Shown: positions 23,101-38,200 of the stretch, piece by piece
Layout of the letters: each line of letters starts with the position of its first letter
How positions within the stretch are numbered: the first letter of the stretch is position 1
Source of the DNA: Eledone cirrhosa
Taxonomy: Eukaryota
Reading direction: 5' to 3'
NCBI GenBank assembly: GCA_964016885.1
Contig: OZ024742.1
Location: 252,898,001 to 252,962,000, forward strand
Length of the DNA: 64,000 nucleotides
Notes under the pieces: generated by a model
What the model was told of the DNA's origin: nothing
The model's input: the letters and a program-made list of their open reading frames with translations, nothing else
Database searches by the model: none
Program-made: the position numbers and the translations under genes

Positions 23101-24245
23101 GGCGTAGAAGTTAGCGTTTACCCTTACCGCCGAAGCTGATCTCCAAAACGCAATTGCTGATGCGGATTGCTGAAGCCAAAGCCAAGCTAACGCTGACGCA
23201 AATGTTGAGGCAGTATTGCCGGCGCTGACGTGTATGCTGACGCTCACGCAAATGCTGATGCGGACGCTAGGGCTCAGGCTAACGCTAACGCTGACGCAAA
23301 TGCTGAAGTTAACGCTTACATGGGATATGCAGACGCTGCAATGATGCGGACGCCACAGGAAAGGTTGATGGAAACGCCAATGCTAACGGAAACGCTGACG
23401 TACACGTTACGGAAACGCTGACGTAGAAGCTAACGTAAACGCTGACACAGATGCTGACGTACACGCTGACACTGACGTTAACTGAAACGCTGATGCTGAT
23501 GTAGATGTAAATACTGACGCTGACACAGAAGCTAACGTACACGCTGACACAGATGCTAATGGAAACGCTGATGTAGAAGCTAACGGAATTGCTGACATAG
23601 AAGCTAACGGAAACGCTGACACAGACGCTAACGGAAATGCTGACAAAGACGTTAAAGGAAACGCTGTCGCAAACACTAATGCTAATGTGAATGCTGATGC
23701 AGATGCTGACGCAAATGCTAACCCCTACACAAATGCAAACGTTGACGCTAACACTGACTCAAACACTAATGCAAATGCTGACGTGCACGCTGATGCAAAC
23801 GCTGACACTGAGGGAAATGCTGACACTGACACAGGTGCTAACGCGGACGCTAATGATAATGCTGACTCAGAAGCTGACGTAGACGCAGGCACTGAAACAA
23901 ACACTAATGCTAACACTAATGTTGACTCAGACACTAGGGGAAATGCTGACACAATCACTATCACCAGTGCAGACGCTGACGCAAATGCTGACATAGATGC
24001 TGGCACTTACGCAAACACTAAGGCTAACACCAGTCTACATAGACACTAACACAAAAGCTTACATAGACGCTTATGCAAATGCTAATGCTGATGCAGACAG
24101 TAATGCAAACAGTAACTGTAAGAGTAACAGTTACAGTAACACTAACAGTGACAGTAATGCTAACAGTAACACAGTCACTAACAATAAACTTACCATTAAC
24201 AGTAAAACTTACCCTAACACTAACCCTAAATCTAACATTAACCCA
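20115..24245. repeat. 4.1-kb degenerate hexamer array: (ACTAAC)n grading to (GCTGAC)n and back
   Basis: ACTAAC-type at 20150-22300, GCTGAC/GCTAAC/GTAGAA-type at 22300-24100, AGTAAC/CCTAAC at the end. Flanked by tcaactttttttctgg and cccagagaaaaaagt. Confidence 0.9.
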
Positions 24246-24469
24246 GAGAAAAAAGTCATTTGCAATCAAAGTCATTTAAGGTCACTCTTTAAGATATAGA
24301 AGATAGGCATTACATTTTAATGAGTTTAATTTAAAGAGAATCATGCTATACGATGCAACACAATAACACACCACACCACACTAACCTACACTACACCAAA
24401 CCAGATTATACCTACCTTGGTAAATTTATGATAGGTTTCCATGTTATAACTACACCAAACTAAACCATA

Positions 24470-27400
24470 CCAAACTACACCAAACCAAACCACACCATAA
24501 CAAACTACACCATACTACATCACACCAAGCTATTGATTTTGGTGTGACAAATTTTCATCTGGCAACTTTTTTTTTTTTTTTTGTGCTTACCACCCAATTT
24601 CACGTAAAAGGTGCCCGCAAATTACTATTTTATGCACATATTATCAATGGTTATGATATAGAAACCTGATTAAAATGACTAGCTTTGTAGAAAAAAGAGG
24701 GAGGATGTGGGTGGAAATACCATTTACAAAGCTAGTCATTTTTTATTGCAGCGGAAGTCATATTTTTTGTTAATATGCTAAAAGCATAGTCCACTGCAAG
24801 CATCTTGGAAGTTGATAGCACATGCAAAAATGAATGAAAAATTTTTTTTCTAACATAAATCAAAGTGTAAATTTAAATCCTCATTTATAACAAAGCACAC
24901 CACAGCACATTAATCCACCCCAATCCACACCATAAATTCACCATAACCATACTTCACTATATGGTAAATTTATTACAAAACACCTACTCCGACTATTTAC
25001 ATCACACCATGGTATGGACATCAATGTGACAAATTTGCTACCTGCTTTTTTTTTTTTTTTTTTTTGTGGTTACCACCTCAAAACACCTAGTCCGACTATT
25101 TACATCACACCATCGTATGGACATCAATGTGACAAATTTGCTACCAGCTTTTTTTTTTTTTTTTTGTGGTTAACACCTCAAACTAACATCAAAGGTGCTT
25201 GCAATTGACTATTTTCCCACACATTATCAATGAATCTATCGTTTACAATTGGTTTCCATTTCATAACTTCACCAAACCACACCATACCAAGTTACACCAT
25301 ACTACAACACACCAAGCTATTGATCTTGGTGTGAAACATTTTCTTCCCGTTTCTTTTTTTTTTTTTTTTTTTTTTTGTATGTGTGCTTACCCCCCAATCT
25401 GACATTAAAGGTGCTCCCAATTGATTATTTTTTTTCCACTTATCAATAATTATGACATGGAAACCTGTCGAAAATGACTATCTTTGTAGAAACTTCACCA
25501 AACCACACCATACTACATCACAACAAGCTATTGATTTTGGTGTGACAAATTTTCATCTGGCAATTTTTTTTTTTTTTTTTTTTTTTTTTCTGTGCTTAGC
25601 ACCCAATTTGACGTAAATGGTGCTCGCAAATTACTATTTTATGCACATATTATCAATGGTTATGACATGGAAACCTGATGAAAATGACTAGCTTTGTAGA
25701 AAAAAGAGGGAGGATGTGGGTGGAAATACCATTTACAAAGCTAGTCATTTTTTATTGCAGAGGAAGTCATATTTTTTGTTAATATGCTAAAAGCATAGTC
25801 CACTGCAAGCATCTTGGAAGTTGATAGCACATGCAAAAATGAATGAAAAAATTTTTTTCTAACATAAATCAAAGTGTAAATTTAAATCCTCACTTATAAC
25901 AAAGCACACCACAGCACATTAATCCACCCCAATGCACACCATAAATTCACCATAACCATACTTCACTATATGGTAAATTTATTACAAAACACCTACTCCG
26001 ACTATTTACATCACACCATGGTATGGACATCAATGTGACAAATTTGCTACCTGCTTTTTTTTTTTTTTTGGTGGTTACCACCTCAAACTAACATCAAAGG
26101 TGCTTGCAAATGACTATTTTCCCACACATTATCAATGAATATGACATGGGATCTATCGTTTACAATTGGTTTCCATTTCATAACTTCACCAAACCACACC
26201 ATACCAAGTTACACCATACTACATCACACCAAGCTATTGATCTTGGTGTGAAACATTTTCTTCCCGTTTCCTTTTTTTTTTTTGTACGTGTGCTTACCCC
26301 CCCAATCTGACATTAAAGGTGCTCCCAATTGATTATTTTTTTTCCTCTTATCAATAATTATGACATGGAAACCTGTCGAAAATGACTATCTTTGTAGAAA
26401 CTTCACCAAACCACACCATACTACATCACACCAAGCTATTGATTTTGGTGTGACAAATTTTCATCTGGCATTTTTTATTTTGTTTATTTTGAGCTGACCA
26501 CCCAATTTGACATAAAAGTGACTCGCAAATTACTATTTTATGCACATATTATCAATGGTTATGACATGGAAACCTGATGAAAATGACTAGCTTTGTAGAA
26601 AAAAGAGGGAGGATGTGGATGGAAATACCATTTACAAAGCTAGTCATTTTTTATTGCAGCGGAAGTCATATTTTTTGTTAATATGCTAAAAGCATAGTCC
26701 ACTGCAAGCATCTTGGAAGTTGATAGCACATGCAAAAATGAAGGAAAAATTTTTTTTCTAACATAAATCAAAGTGTAAATTTAAATCCTCACTTATAACA
26801 AAGCACACCACCGCACATTAATCCACCCCAATCCACACCATAAATTCACCATAACCATACTTCACTATATGGTAAATTTATTACAAAACACCTAATCCGA
26901 CTATTTACATCACACCATGGTATGGACAGCAATGTGACAAATTTGCTACCTGCTTTTTTTTTTTTTTTTTGTGGTTACCACCTCAAACTAACATCAAAGG
27001 TGCTTGCAAATGACTATTTTCCCACACATTATCAATGAATATGACATGGGATCTATCGTTTACAATTGGTTTCCATTTCATAACTTCACCAAACCACACC
27101 ATACCAAGTTACACCATACTACATCACACCAAGCTATTGATCTTGGTGTGAAACATTTTCTTCCCGTTTCCTTTTTTTTTTTTGTACGTGTGCTTACCCC
27201 CCCAATCTGACATTAAAGGTGCTCCCAATTGATTATTTTTTTTCCTCTTATCAATAATTATGACATGGAAACCTGTCGAAAATGACTATCTTTGTAGAAA
27301 CTTCACCAAACCACACCATACTACATCACACCAAGCTATTGATTTTGGTGTGACAAATTTTCATCTGGCATTTTTTATTTTGTTTATTTTGAGCTGACCA

Positions 27401-29171
27401 CCCAATTTGACATAAAAGTGACTCGCAAATTACTATTTTATGCACATATTATCAATGGTTATGACATGGAAACCTGATGAAAATGACTAGCTTTGTAGAA
27501 AAAAGAGGGAGGATGTGGATGGAAATACCATTTACAAAGCTAGTCATTTTTTATTGCAGCGGAAGTCATATTTTTTGTTAATATGCTAAAAGCATAGTCC
27601 ACTGCAAGCATCTTGGAAGTTGATAGCACATGCAAAAATGAAGGAAAAATTTTTTTTCTAACATAAATCAAAGTGTAAATTTAAATCCTCACTTATAACA
27701 AAGCACACCACCGCACATTAATCCACCCCAATCCACACCATAAATTCACCATAACCATACTTCACTATATGGTAAATTTATTACAAAACACCTAATCCGA
27801 CTATTTACATCACACCATGGTATGGACAGCAATGTGACAAATTTGCTACCTGCTTTTTTTTTTTTTTTTTGTGGTTACCACCTCAAACTAACATCAAAGG
27901 TGCTTGCAAATGACTATTTTCCCACACATTATCAATGAATATGACATGGGAATCTATCGTTTACAATTGGTTTCCATTTCATAACTTCACCAAACCACAC
28001 CATACCAAGTTACACCATACTACATCACACCAAGCTATTGATCTTGGTGTGAAACATTTTCTTCCCGTTTCGTTTTTTTTTTTTTGTATGTGTGCTTACC
28101 CCCCAATCTGACATTAAAGGTGCTCCCAATTGATTATTATTTTTCCACTTATGAATAATTATGACATGGAAACCTGTCGAAAATGACTATCTTTGTAGAA
28201 ACTTCACCAAACCACACCATACTACATCACACCAAGCTATTGATTTTGGTGTGACAAATTTTCATCTGGCATTTTTTATTTTGTTTATTTTGAGCTGACC
28301 ACCCAATTTGACATAAAAGTGACTCGCAAATTACTATTTTATGCACATATTATCAATGGTTATGACATGGAAACCTGATGAAAATGACTAGCTTTGTAGA
28401 AAAAAGAGGGAGGATGTGGATGGAAATACCATTTACAAAGCTAGTCATTTTTTATTGCAGCGGAAGTCATATTTTTTGTTAATATGCTAAAAGCATAGTC
28501 CACTGCAAGCATCTTGGAAGTTGATAGCACATGCAAAAATGAAGGAAAAATTTTTTTTCTAACATAAATCAAAGTGTAAATTTAAATCCTCACTTATAAC
28601 AAAGCACACCACCGCACATTAATCCACCCCAATCCACACCATAAATTCACCATAACCATACTTCACTATATGGTAAATTTATTACAAAACACCTAATCCG
28701 ACTATTTACATCACACCATGGTATGGACAGCAATGTGACAAATTTGCTACCTGCTTTTTTTTTTTTTTTTTGTGGTTACCACCTCAAACTAACATCAAAG
28801 GTGCTTGCAAATGACTATTTTCCCACACATTATCAATGAATATGACATGGGAATCTATCGTTTACAATTGGTTTCCATTTCATAACTTCACCAAACCACA
28901 CCATACCAAGTTACACCATACTACATCACACCAAGCTATTGATCTTGGTGTGAAACATTTTCTTCCCGTTTCGTTTTTTTTTTTTTGTATGTGTGCTTAC
29001 CCCCCAATCTGACATTAAAGGTGCTCCCAATTGATTATTATTTTTCCACTTATGAATAATTATGACATGGAAACCTGTCGAAAATGACTATCTTTGTAGA
29101 AACTTCATCAAACCACACCATACTACATCACACCAAGCTATTGATTTTGGTGTGACAAATTTTCATCTGGC

Positions 29172-29203
<32 letters not shown>

Positions 29204-32200
29204 GTGCTTACCACCCAATTTGACATGAAAGGTGCTCGCAAATTACTATTTTATGCACATATTATCAATGGTTATGATATAGAAACCTGATGAAAATGAC
29301 TAGCTTTGTAGAAAAAAGAGGGAGGATGTGGATGGAAATACCATTTACAAAGCTAGTCATTTTTTATTGCAGCGGAAGTCATATTTTTTGTTAATATGCT
29401 AAAAGCATAGTCCACTGCGAGCATCTTGGAAGTTGATAGCACATGCAAAAATGAAGGAAGATTTTTTTTTTCTAACATAAATCAAAGTGGAAATTTAAAT
29501 CCTCACTTATAACAAAGCACACCACAGCACATTAATCCACCCCAATCCACACCATAAATTCACCATAACCATACTTCACTATATGGTAAATTTATTACAA
29601 AACACCTAATCCGACTATTTACATCACACCATGGTATGGACAGCAATGTGACAAATTTGCTACCTGCTTTTTTTTTTTTTTTTTTTTGTGGTTACCACCT
29701 CAAAACACCTAGTCCGACTATTTACATCACACCATCGTATGGACATCAATGTGACAAATTTGCTACCAGCTTTTTTTTTTTTTTTTTGTGGTTACCACCT
29801 CAAACTAACATCAAAGGTGCTTGCAATTGACTATTTTCCCACACATTATCAATGAATCTATCGTTTACAATTGGTTTCCATTTCATAACTTCACCAAACC
29901 ACACCATACCAAGTTACACCATACTACAACACACCAAGCTATTGATCTTGGTGTGAAACATTTTCTTCCCGTTTCTTTTTTTTTTTTTTTTTTTTTTTGT
30001 ATGTGTGCTTACCCCCCAATCTGACATTAAAGGTGCTCCCAATTGATTATTTTTTTTCCACTTATCAATAATTATGACATGGAAACCTGTCGAAAATGAC
30101 TATCTTTGTAGAAACTTTACCAAACCACACCATACTACATCACAACAAGCTATTGATTTTTGTGTGACAAATTTTCATCTGGCAATTTTTTTTTTTTTTT
30201 TTTTTTTTTCTGTGCTTAGCACCCAATTTGACGTAAATGGTGCTCGCAAATTACTATTTTATGCACATATTATCAATGGTTATGACATGGAAACCTGATG
30301 AAAATGACTAGCTTTGTAGAAAAAAGAGGGAGGATGTGGGTGGAAATACCATTTACAAAGCTAGTCATTTTTTATTGCAGAGGAAGTCATATTTTTTGTT
30401 AATATGCTAAAAGCATAGTCCACTGCAAGCATATTGTTAAGTTGATAGCACATGCAAAAATGAATGAAAAAATTTTTTTCTAACATAAATCAAAGTGTAA
30501 ATTTAAATCCTCACTTATAACAAAGCACACCACAGCACATTAATCCACCCCAATCCACACCATAAATTCACCATAACCATACTTCACTATATGGTAAATT
30601 TATTACAAAACACCTAATCCGACTATTTACATCACACCATGGTATGGACATCAATGTGACAAATTTGCTACCTGCTTTTTTTTTTTTTTTGGTGGTTACC
30701 ACCTCAAACTAACATCAAAGGTGCTTGCAAATGACTATTTTCCCACACATTATCAATGAATATGACATGGGATCTATCGTTTACAATTGGTTTCCATTTC
30801 ATAACTTCACCAAACCACACCATACCAAGTTACACCATACTACATCACACCAAGCTATTGATCTTGGTGTGAAACATTTTCTTCCCGTTTCCTTTTTTTT
30901 TTTTGTATGTGTGCTTACCCCCCCAATCTGACATTAAAGGTGCTCCCAATTGATTATTTTTTTTCCTCTTATCAATAATTATGACATGGAAACCTGTCGA
31001 AAATGACTATCTTTGTAGAAACTTCACCAAACCACACCATACTACATCACACCAAGCTATTGATTTTGGTGTGACAAATTTTCATCTGGCATTTTTTATT
31101 TTGTTTATTTTGAGCTTACCACCCAATTTGACATAAAAGTGACTCGCAAATTACTATTTTATGCACATATTATCAATGGTTATGACATGGAAACCTGATG
31201 AAAATGACTAGCTTTGTAGAAAAAAGAGGGAGGATGTGGGTGGAAATACCATTTACAAAGCTAGTCATTTTTTATTGCAGCGGAAGTCATATTTTTTGTT
31301 AATATGCTAAAAGCATAGTCCACTGCGAGCTTCTTGGAAGTTGATAGCACATGCAAAACTGAATGTAAAATTTTTTTTCTAACATAAATCAAAGTGTAAA
31401 TTTAAATCCTCACTTATAACAAAGCACACCACAGCACATTAATCCACCCCAATCCACACCATAAATTCATCATAACCATACTTCACTATATGGTAAATTT
31501 ATTACAAAACACCTACTCCGACTATTTACATCACACCATGGTATGGACATCAATGTGACAAATTTGCTACCTGCTTCTTTTTTTTTTTTCTTTTTTTTTT
31601 TTTGGTGGTTACCACCTCAAACTAACATCAAAGGTGCTACCTCCTTTATTTTTTTTTTTTTTGTGGTTACCACCTCAAACTAACATCAAAGGTGCTTGCA
31701 AATGACTATTTTCCCACACATTATCAATGAATATGACATGGGAATCTATCGTTTACAATTGGTTTCCATTTCATAATTTCACCAAACCAAACCAAAACAC
31801 ACCATGCCAAGTTACACCATACTACAACACACCAAGCTATTGATCTTGGTGTGAAACATTTTCTTCCAGTTCCTTTTTTTTTTTTTTTTTTTTTTTCCCC
31901 GTATGTGCGCTTACCCCCCCAATCTGACATTAAAGGTGTTCCCAATTGACTATATTTTTTCCACTTAGCAATAATTATGACATGGAAACCTGTCGAAAAT
32001 GACTATCTTTGTAGAAACTTCACCAAACCACACCATACTACATCACAACAAGCTATTGATTTTGGTGTGACAAATTTTCATCTGGCAATTTTTTTTTTTT
32101 TTTTTTTTTCTGTGCTTACCACCCAATTTGACGTAAATGGTGCTCGCAAATTACTATTTTATGCACATATTATCAATGGTTATGACATGGAAACCTGATG

Positions 32201-35200
32201 AAAATGACTAGCTTTGTAGAAAAAAGAGGGAGGATGTGGATGGAAATACCATTTACAAAGCTAGTCATTTTTTATTGCAGCGGAAGTCATATTTTTTGTT
32301 AATATGCTAAAAGCATAGTCCACTGCAAGCATCTTGGAAGTTGATAGCACATGCAAAAATGAAGGAAAAATTTTTTTTCTAACATAAATCAAAGTGTAAA
32401 TTTAAATCCTCACTTATAACAAAGCACACCACCGCACATTAATCCACCCCAATCCACACCATAACCATACTTCACTATATGGTAAATTTATTACAAAACA
32501 CCTAATCCGACTATTTACATCACACCATGGTATGGACAGCAATGTGACAAATTTGCTACCTGCTTTTTTTTTTTTTTTTTGTGGTTACCACCTCAAACTA
32601 ACATCAAAGGTGCTTGCAATTGACTATTTTCCCACACATTATCAATGAATCTATCGTTTACAATTGGTTTCCATTTCATAACTTCACCAAAACACACCAT
32701 GCCAAGTTACACCATACTACAACACACCAAGCTATTGATCTTGGTGTGAAACATTTTCTTCCCGTTTCTTTTTTTTTTTTTTTTTTTTTTTTGTATGTGT
32801 GCTTACCCCCCAATCTGACATTAAAGGTGTTCCCAATTGACTATATTTTTTCCATTTAGCAATAATTATGACATGGAAACCTGTCGAAAATGACTATCTT
32901 TGTAGAAACTTCACCAAACCACACCATACTACATCACACCAAGCTATTGATTTTGGTGTGACAAATTTTCATCTGGCATTTTTTATTTTGTTTATTTTGA
33001 GCTTACCACCCAATTTGACATAAAAGTGACTCGCAAATTACTATTTTATGCACATATTATCAATGGTTATGACATGGAAACCTGATGAAAATGACTAGCT
33101 TTGTAGAAAAAAGAGGGAGGATGTGGATGGAAATACCATTTACAAAGCTAGTCATTTTTTATTGCAGCGGAAGTCATATTTTTTGTTAATATGCTAAAAG
33201 CATAGTCCACTGCGAGCATATTGTTAAGTTGATAGCACATGCAAAAATGAAGGAAGATTTTTTTTTTTCTAACATAAATCAAAGTGGAAATTTAAATCCT
33301 CACTTATAACAAAGCACACCACAGCACATTAATCTACCCCAATGCACACCATAAATTCACCATAACCATACTTCACTATATGGTAAATTTATTGCAAAAC
33401 AACTACTCCGACCATTTACATCACACCATGGTATGGACATCAATGTGTCAAATTTGCTACCTGCTTCTTATTTTTTTTTTTTTTTGTGGTTACCACCTCA
33501 AACTAACATCAAAGGTGCTACCTGCTTTTTTTTTTTTTTGTGGTTACCACCTCAAACTAACATCAAAGGTGCTTGCAAATGACTATTTTCCCACACATTA
33601 TCAATGAATATGACATGGGATCTATCGTTTACAATTGGTTTCCATTTCATAACTTCACCAAACCACACCATACCAAGTTACACCATACTACATCACACCA
33701 AGCTATTGATCTTGGTGTGAAACATTTTCTTCCCGTTTCCTTTTTTTTTTTTGTACGTGTGCTTACCCCCCCAATCTGACATTAAAGGTGCTCCCAATTG
33801 ATTATTTTTTTTCCACTTATCAATAATTATGACATGGAAACCTGTCGAAAATGACTATCTTTGTAGAAACTTCACCAAACCACACCATACTACATCACAC
33901 CAAGCTATTGATTTTGGTGTGACAAATTTTCATCTGGCAACTTTTTTTTTTTTTTTGTGCTTACCACCCAATTTGACATGAAAGGTGCTCGCAAATTACT
34001 ATTTTATGCACATATTATCAATGGTTATGATATAGAAAGCTGATTAAAATGACTAGCTTTGTAGAAAAAAGAGGGAGGATGTGGGTGGAAATACCATTTA
34101 CAAAGCTAGTCATTTTTTATTGCAGAGGAAGTCATATTTTTTGTTAATATGCTAAAAGCATAGTCCACTGCAAGCATATTGTTAAGTTGATAGCACATGC
34201 AAAAATGAATGAAAAAATTTTTTTCTAACATAAATCAAAGTGTAAATTTAAATCCTCACTTATAACAAAGCACACCACAGCACATTAATCCACCCCAATC
34301 CACACCATAAATTCACCATAACCATACTTCACTATATGGTAAATTTATTACAAAACACCTAATCCGACTATTTACATCACACCATGGTATGGACATCAAT
34401 GTGACAAATTTGCTACCTGCTTTTTTTTTTTTTTTGGTGGTTACCACCTCAAACTAACATCAAAGGTGCTTGCAAATGACTATTTTCCCACACATTATCA
34501 ATGAATATGACATGGGATCTATCGTTTACAATTGGTTTCCATTTCATAACTTCACCAAACCACACCATACCAAGTTACACCATACTACATCACACCAAGC
34601 TATTGATCTTGGTGTGAAACATTTTCTTCCCGTTTCCTTTTTTTTTTTTGTACGTGTGCTTACCCCCCCAATCTGACATTAAAGGTGCTCCCAATTGATT
34701 ATTTTTTTTCCTCTTATCAATAATTATGACATGGAAACCTGTCGAAAATGACTATCTTTGTAGAAACTTCACCAAACCACACCATACTACATCACACCAA
34801 GCTATTGATTTTGGTGTGACAAATTTTCATCTGGCATTTTTTATTTTGTTTATTTTGAGCTTACCACCCAATTTGACATAAAAGTGACTCGCAAATTACT
34901 ATTTTATGCACATATTATCAATGGTTATGACATGGAAACCTGATGAAAATGACTAGCTTTGTAGAAAAAAGAGGGAGGATGTGGGTGGAAATACCATTTA
35001 CAAAGCTAGTCATTTTTTATTGCAGCGGAAGTCATATTTTTTGTTAATATGCTAAAAGCATAGTCCACTGCGAGCTTCTTGGAAGTTGATAGCACATGCA
35101 AAACTGAATGTAAAATTTTTTTTCTAACATAAATCAAAGTGTAAATTTAAATCCTCACTTATAACAAAGCACACCACAGCACATTAATCCACCCCAATCC

Positions 35201-38200
35201 ACACCATAAATTCATCATAACCATACTTCACTATATGGTAAATTTATTACAAAACACCTACTCCGACTATTTACATCACACCATGGTATGGACATCAATG
35301 TGACAAATTTGCTACCTGCTTCTTTTTTTTTTTTCTTTTTTTTTTTTTGGTGGTTACCACCTCAAACTAACATCAAAGGTGCTACCTCCTTTATTTTTTT
35401 TTTTTTTGTGGTTACCACCTCAAACTAACATCAAAGGTGCTTGCAAATGACTATTTTCCCACACATTATCAATGAATATGACATGGGAATCTATCGTTTA
35501 CAATTGGTTTCCATTTCATAATTTCACCAAACCAAACCAAAACACACCATGCCAAGTTACACCATACTACAACACACCAAGCTATTGATCTTGGTGTGAA
35601 ACATTTTCTTCCAGTTCCTTTTTTTTTTTTTTTTTTTTTTTCCCCGTATGTGCGCTTACCCCCCCAATCTGACATTAAAGGTGTTCCCAATTGACTATAT
35701 TTTTTCCACTTAGCAATAATTATGACATGGAAACCTGTCGAAAATGACTATCTTTGTAGAAACTTCACCAAACCACACCATACTACATCACAACAAGCTA
35801 TTGATTTTGGTGTGACAAATTTTCATATGGCAATTTTTTTTTTTTTTTTTTTTTCTGTGCTTACCACCCAATTTGACGTAAATGGTGCTCGCAAATTACT
35901 ATTTTATGCACATATTATCAATGGTTATGACATGGAAACCTGATGAAAATGACTAGCTTTGTAGAAAAAAGAGGGAGGATGTGGATGGAAATACCATTTA
36001 CAAAGCTAGTCATTTTTTATTGCAGCGGAAGTCATATTTTTTGTTAATATGCTAAAAGCATAGTCCACTGCAAGCATCTTGGAAGTTGATAGCACATGCA
36101 AAAATGAAGGAAAAATTTTTTTTCTAACATAAATCAAAGTGTAAATTTAAATCCTCACTTATAACAAAGCACACCACCGCACATTAATCCACCCCAATCC
36201 ACACCATAACCATACTTCACTATATGGTAAATTTATTACAAAACACCTAATCCGACTATTTACATCACACCATGGTATGGACAGCAATGTGACAAATTTG
36301 CTACCTGCTTTTTTTTTTTTTTTTTGTGGTTACCACCTCAAACTAACATCAAAGGTGCTTGCAATTGACTATTTTCCCACACATTATCAATGAATCTATC
36401 GTTTACAATTGGTTTCCATTTCATAACTTCACCAAAACACACCATGCCAAGTTACACCATACTACAACACACCAAGCTATTGATCTTGGTGTGAAACATT
36501 TTCTTCCCGTTTCTTTTTTTTTTTTTTTTTTTTTTTTTTGTATGTGTGCTTACCCCCCAATCTGACATTAAAGGTGTTCCCAATTGACTATATTTTTTCC
36601 ACTTAGCAATAATTATGACATGGAAACCTGTCGAAAATGACTATCTTTGTAGAAACTTCACCAAACCACACCATACTACATCACACCAAGCTATTGATTT
36701 TGGTGTGACAAATTTTCATCTGGCATTTTTTATTTTGTTTATTTTGAGCTTACCACCCAATTTGACATAAAAGTGACTCGCAAATTACTATTTTATGCAC
36801 ATATTATCAATGGTTATGACATGGAAACCTGATGAAAATGACTAGCTTTGTAGAAAAAAGAGGGAGGATGTGGATGGAAATACCATTTACAAAGCTAGTC
36901 ATTTTTTATTGCAGCGGAAGTCATATTTTTTGTTAATATGCTAAAAGCATAGTCCACTGCGAGCATATTGTTAAGTTGATAGCACATGCAAAAATGAAGG
37001 AAGATTTTTTTTTTTCTAACATAAATCAAAGTGGAAATTTAAATCCTCACTTATAACAAAGCACACCACAGCACATTAATCTACCCCAATGCACACCATA
37101 AATTCACCATAACCATACTTCACTATATGGTAAATTTATTGCAAAACAACTACTCCGACCATTTACATCACACCATGGTATGGACATCAATGTGTCAAAT
37201 TTGCTACCTGCTTCTTATTTTTTTTTTTTTTTGTGGTTACCACCTCAAACTAACATCAAAGGTGCTACCTGCTTTTTTTTTTTTTTGTGGTTACCACCTC
37301 AAACTAACATCAAAGGTGCTTGCAAATGACTATTTTCCCACACATTATCAATGAATATGACATGGGATCTATCGTTTACAATTGGTTTCCATTTCATAAC
37401 TTCACCAAACCACACCATACCAAGTTACACCATACTACATCACACCAAGCTATTGATCTTGGTGTGAAACATTTTCTTCCCGTTTCCTTTTTTTTTTTTG
37501 TACGTGTGCTTACCCCCCCAATCTGACATTAAAGGTGCTCCCAATTGATTATTTTTTTTCCACTTATCAATAATTATGACATGGAAACCTGTCGAAAATG
37601 ACTATCTTTGTAGAAACTTCACCAAACCACACCATACTACATCACACCAAGCTATTGATTTTGGTGTGACAAATTTTCATCTGGCAACTTTTTTTTTTTT
37701 TTTGTGCTTACCACCCAATTTGACATGAAAGGTGCTCGCAAATTACTATTTTATGCACATATTATCAATGGTTATGATATAGAAAGCTGATTAAAATGAC
37801 TAGCTTTGTAGAAAAAAGAGGGAGGATGTGGGTGGAAATACCATTTACAAAGCTAGTCATTTTTTATTGCAGAGGAAGTCATATTTTTTGTTAATATGCT
37901 AAAAGCATAGTCCACTGCAAGCATATTGTTAAGTTGATAGCACATGCAAAAATGAATGAAAAAATTTTTTTCTAACATAAATCAAAGTGTAAATTTAAAT
38001 CCTCACTTATAACAAAGCACACCACAGCACATTAATCCACCCCAATCCACACCATAAATTCACCATAACCATACTTCACTATATGGTAAATTTATTACAA
38101 AACACCTAATCCGACTATTTACATCACACCATGGTATGGACATCAATGTGACAAATTTGCTACCTGCTTTTTTTTTTTTTTTGGTGGTTACCACCTCAAA

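Noticed and set aside
25668-25772. CTGATGA followed by a stem in each satellite monomer as a hammerhead ribozyme
   Set aside because: No GAAA directly after the stem and no stem I/III geometry; several monomers read CTGATTA.
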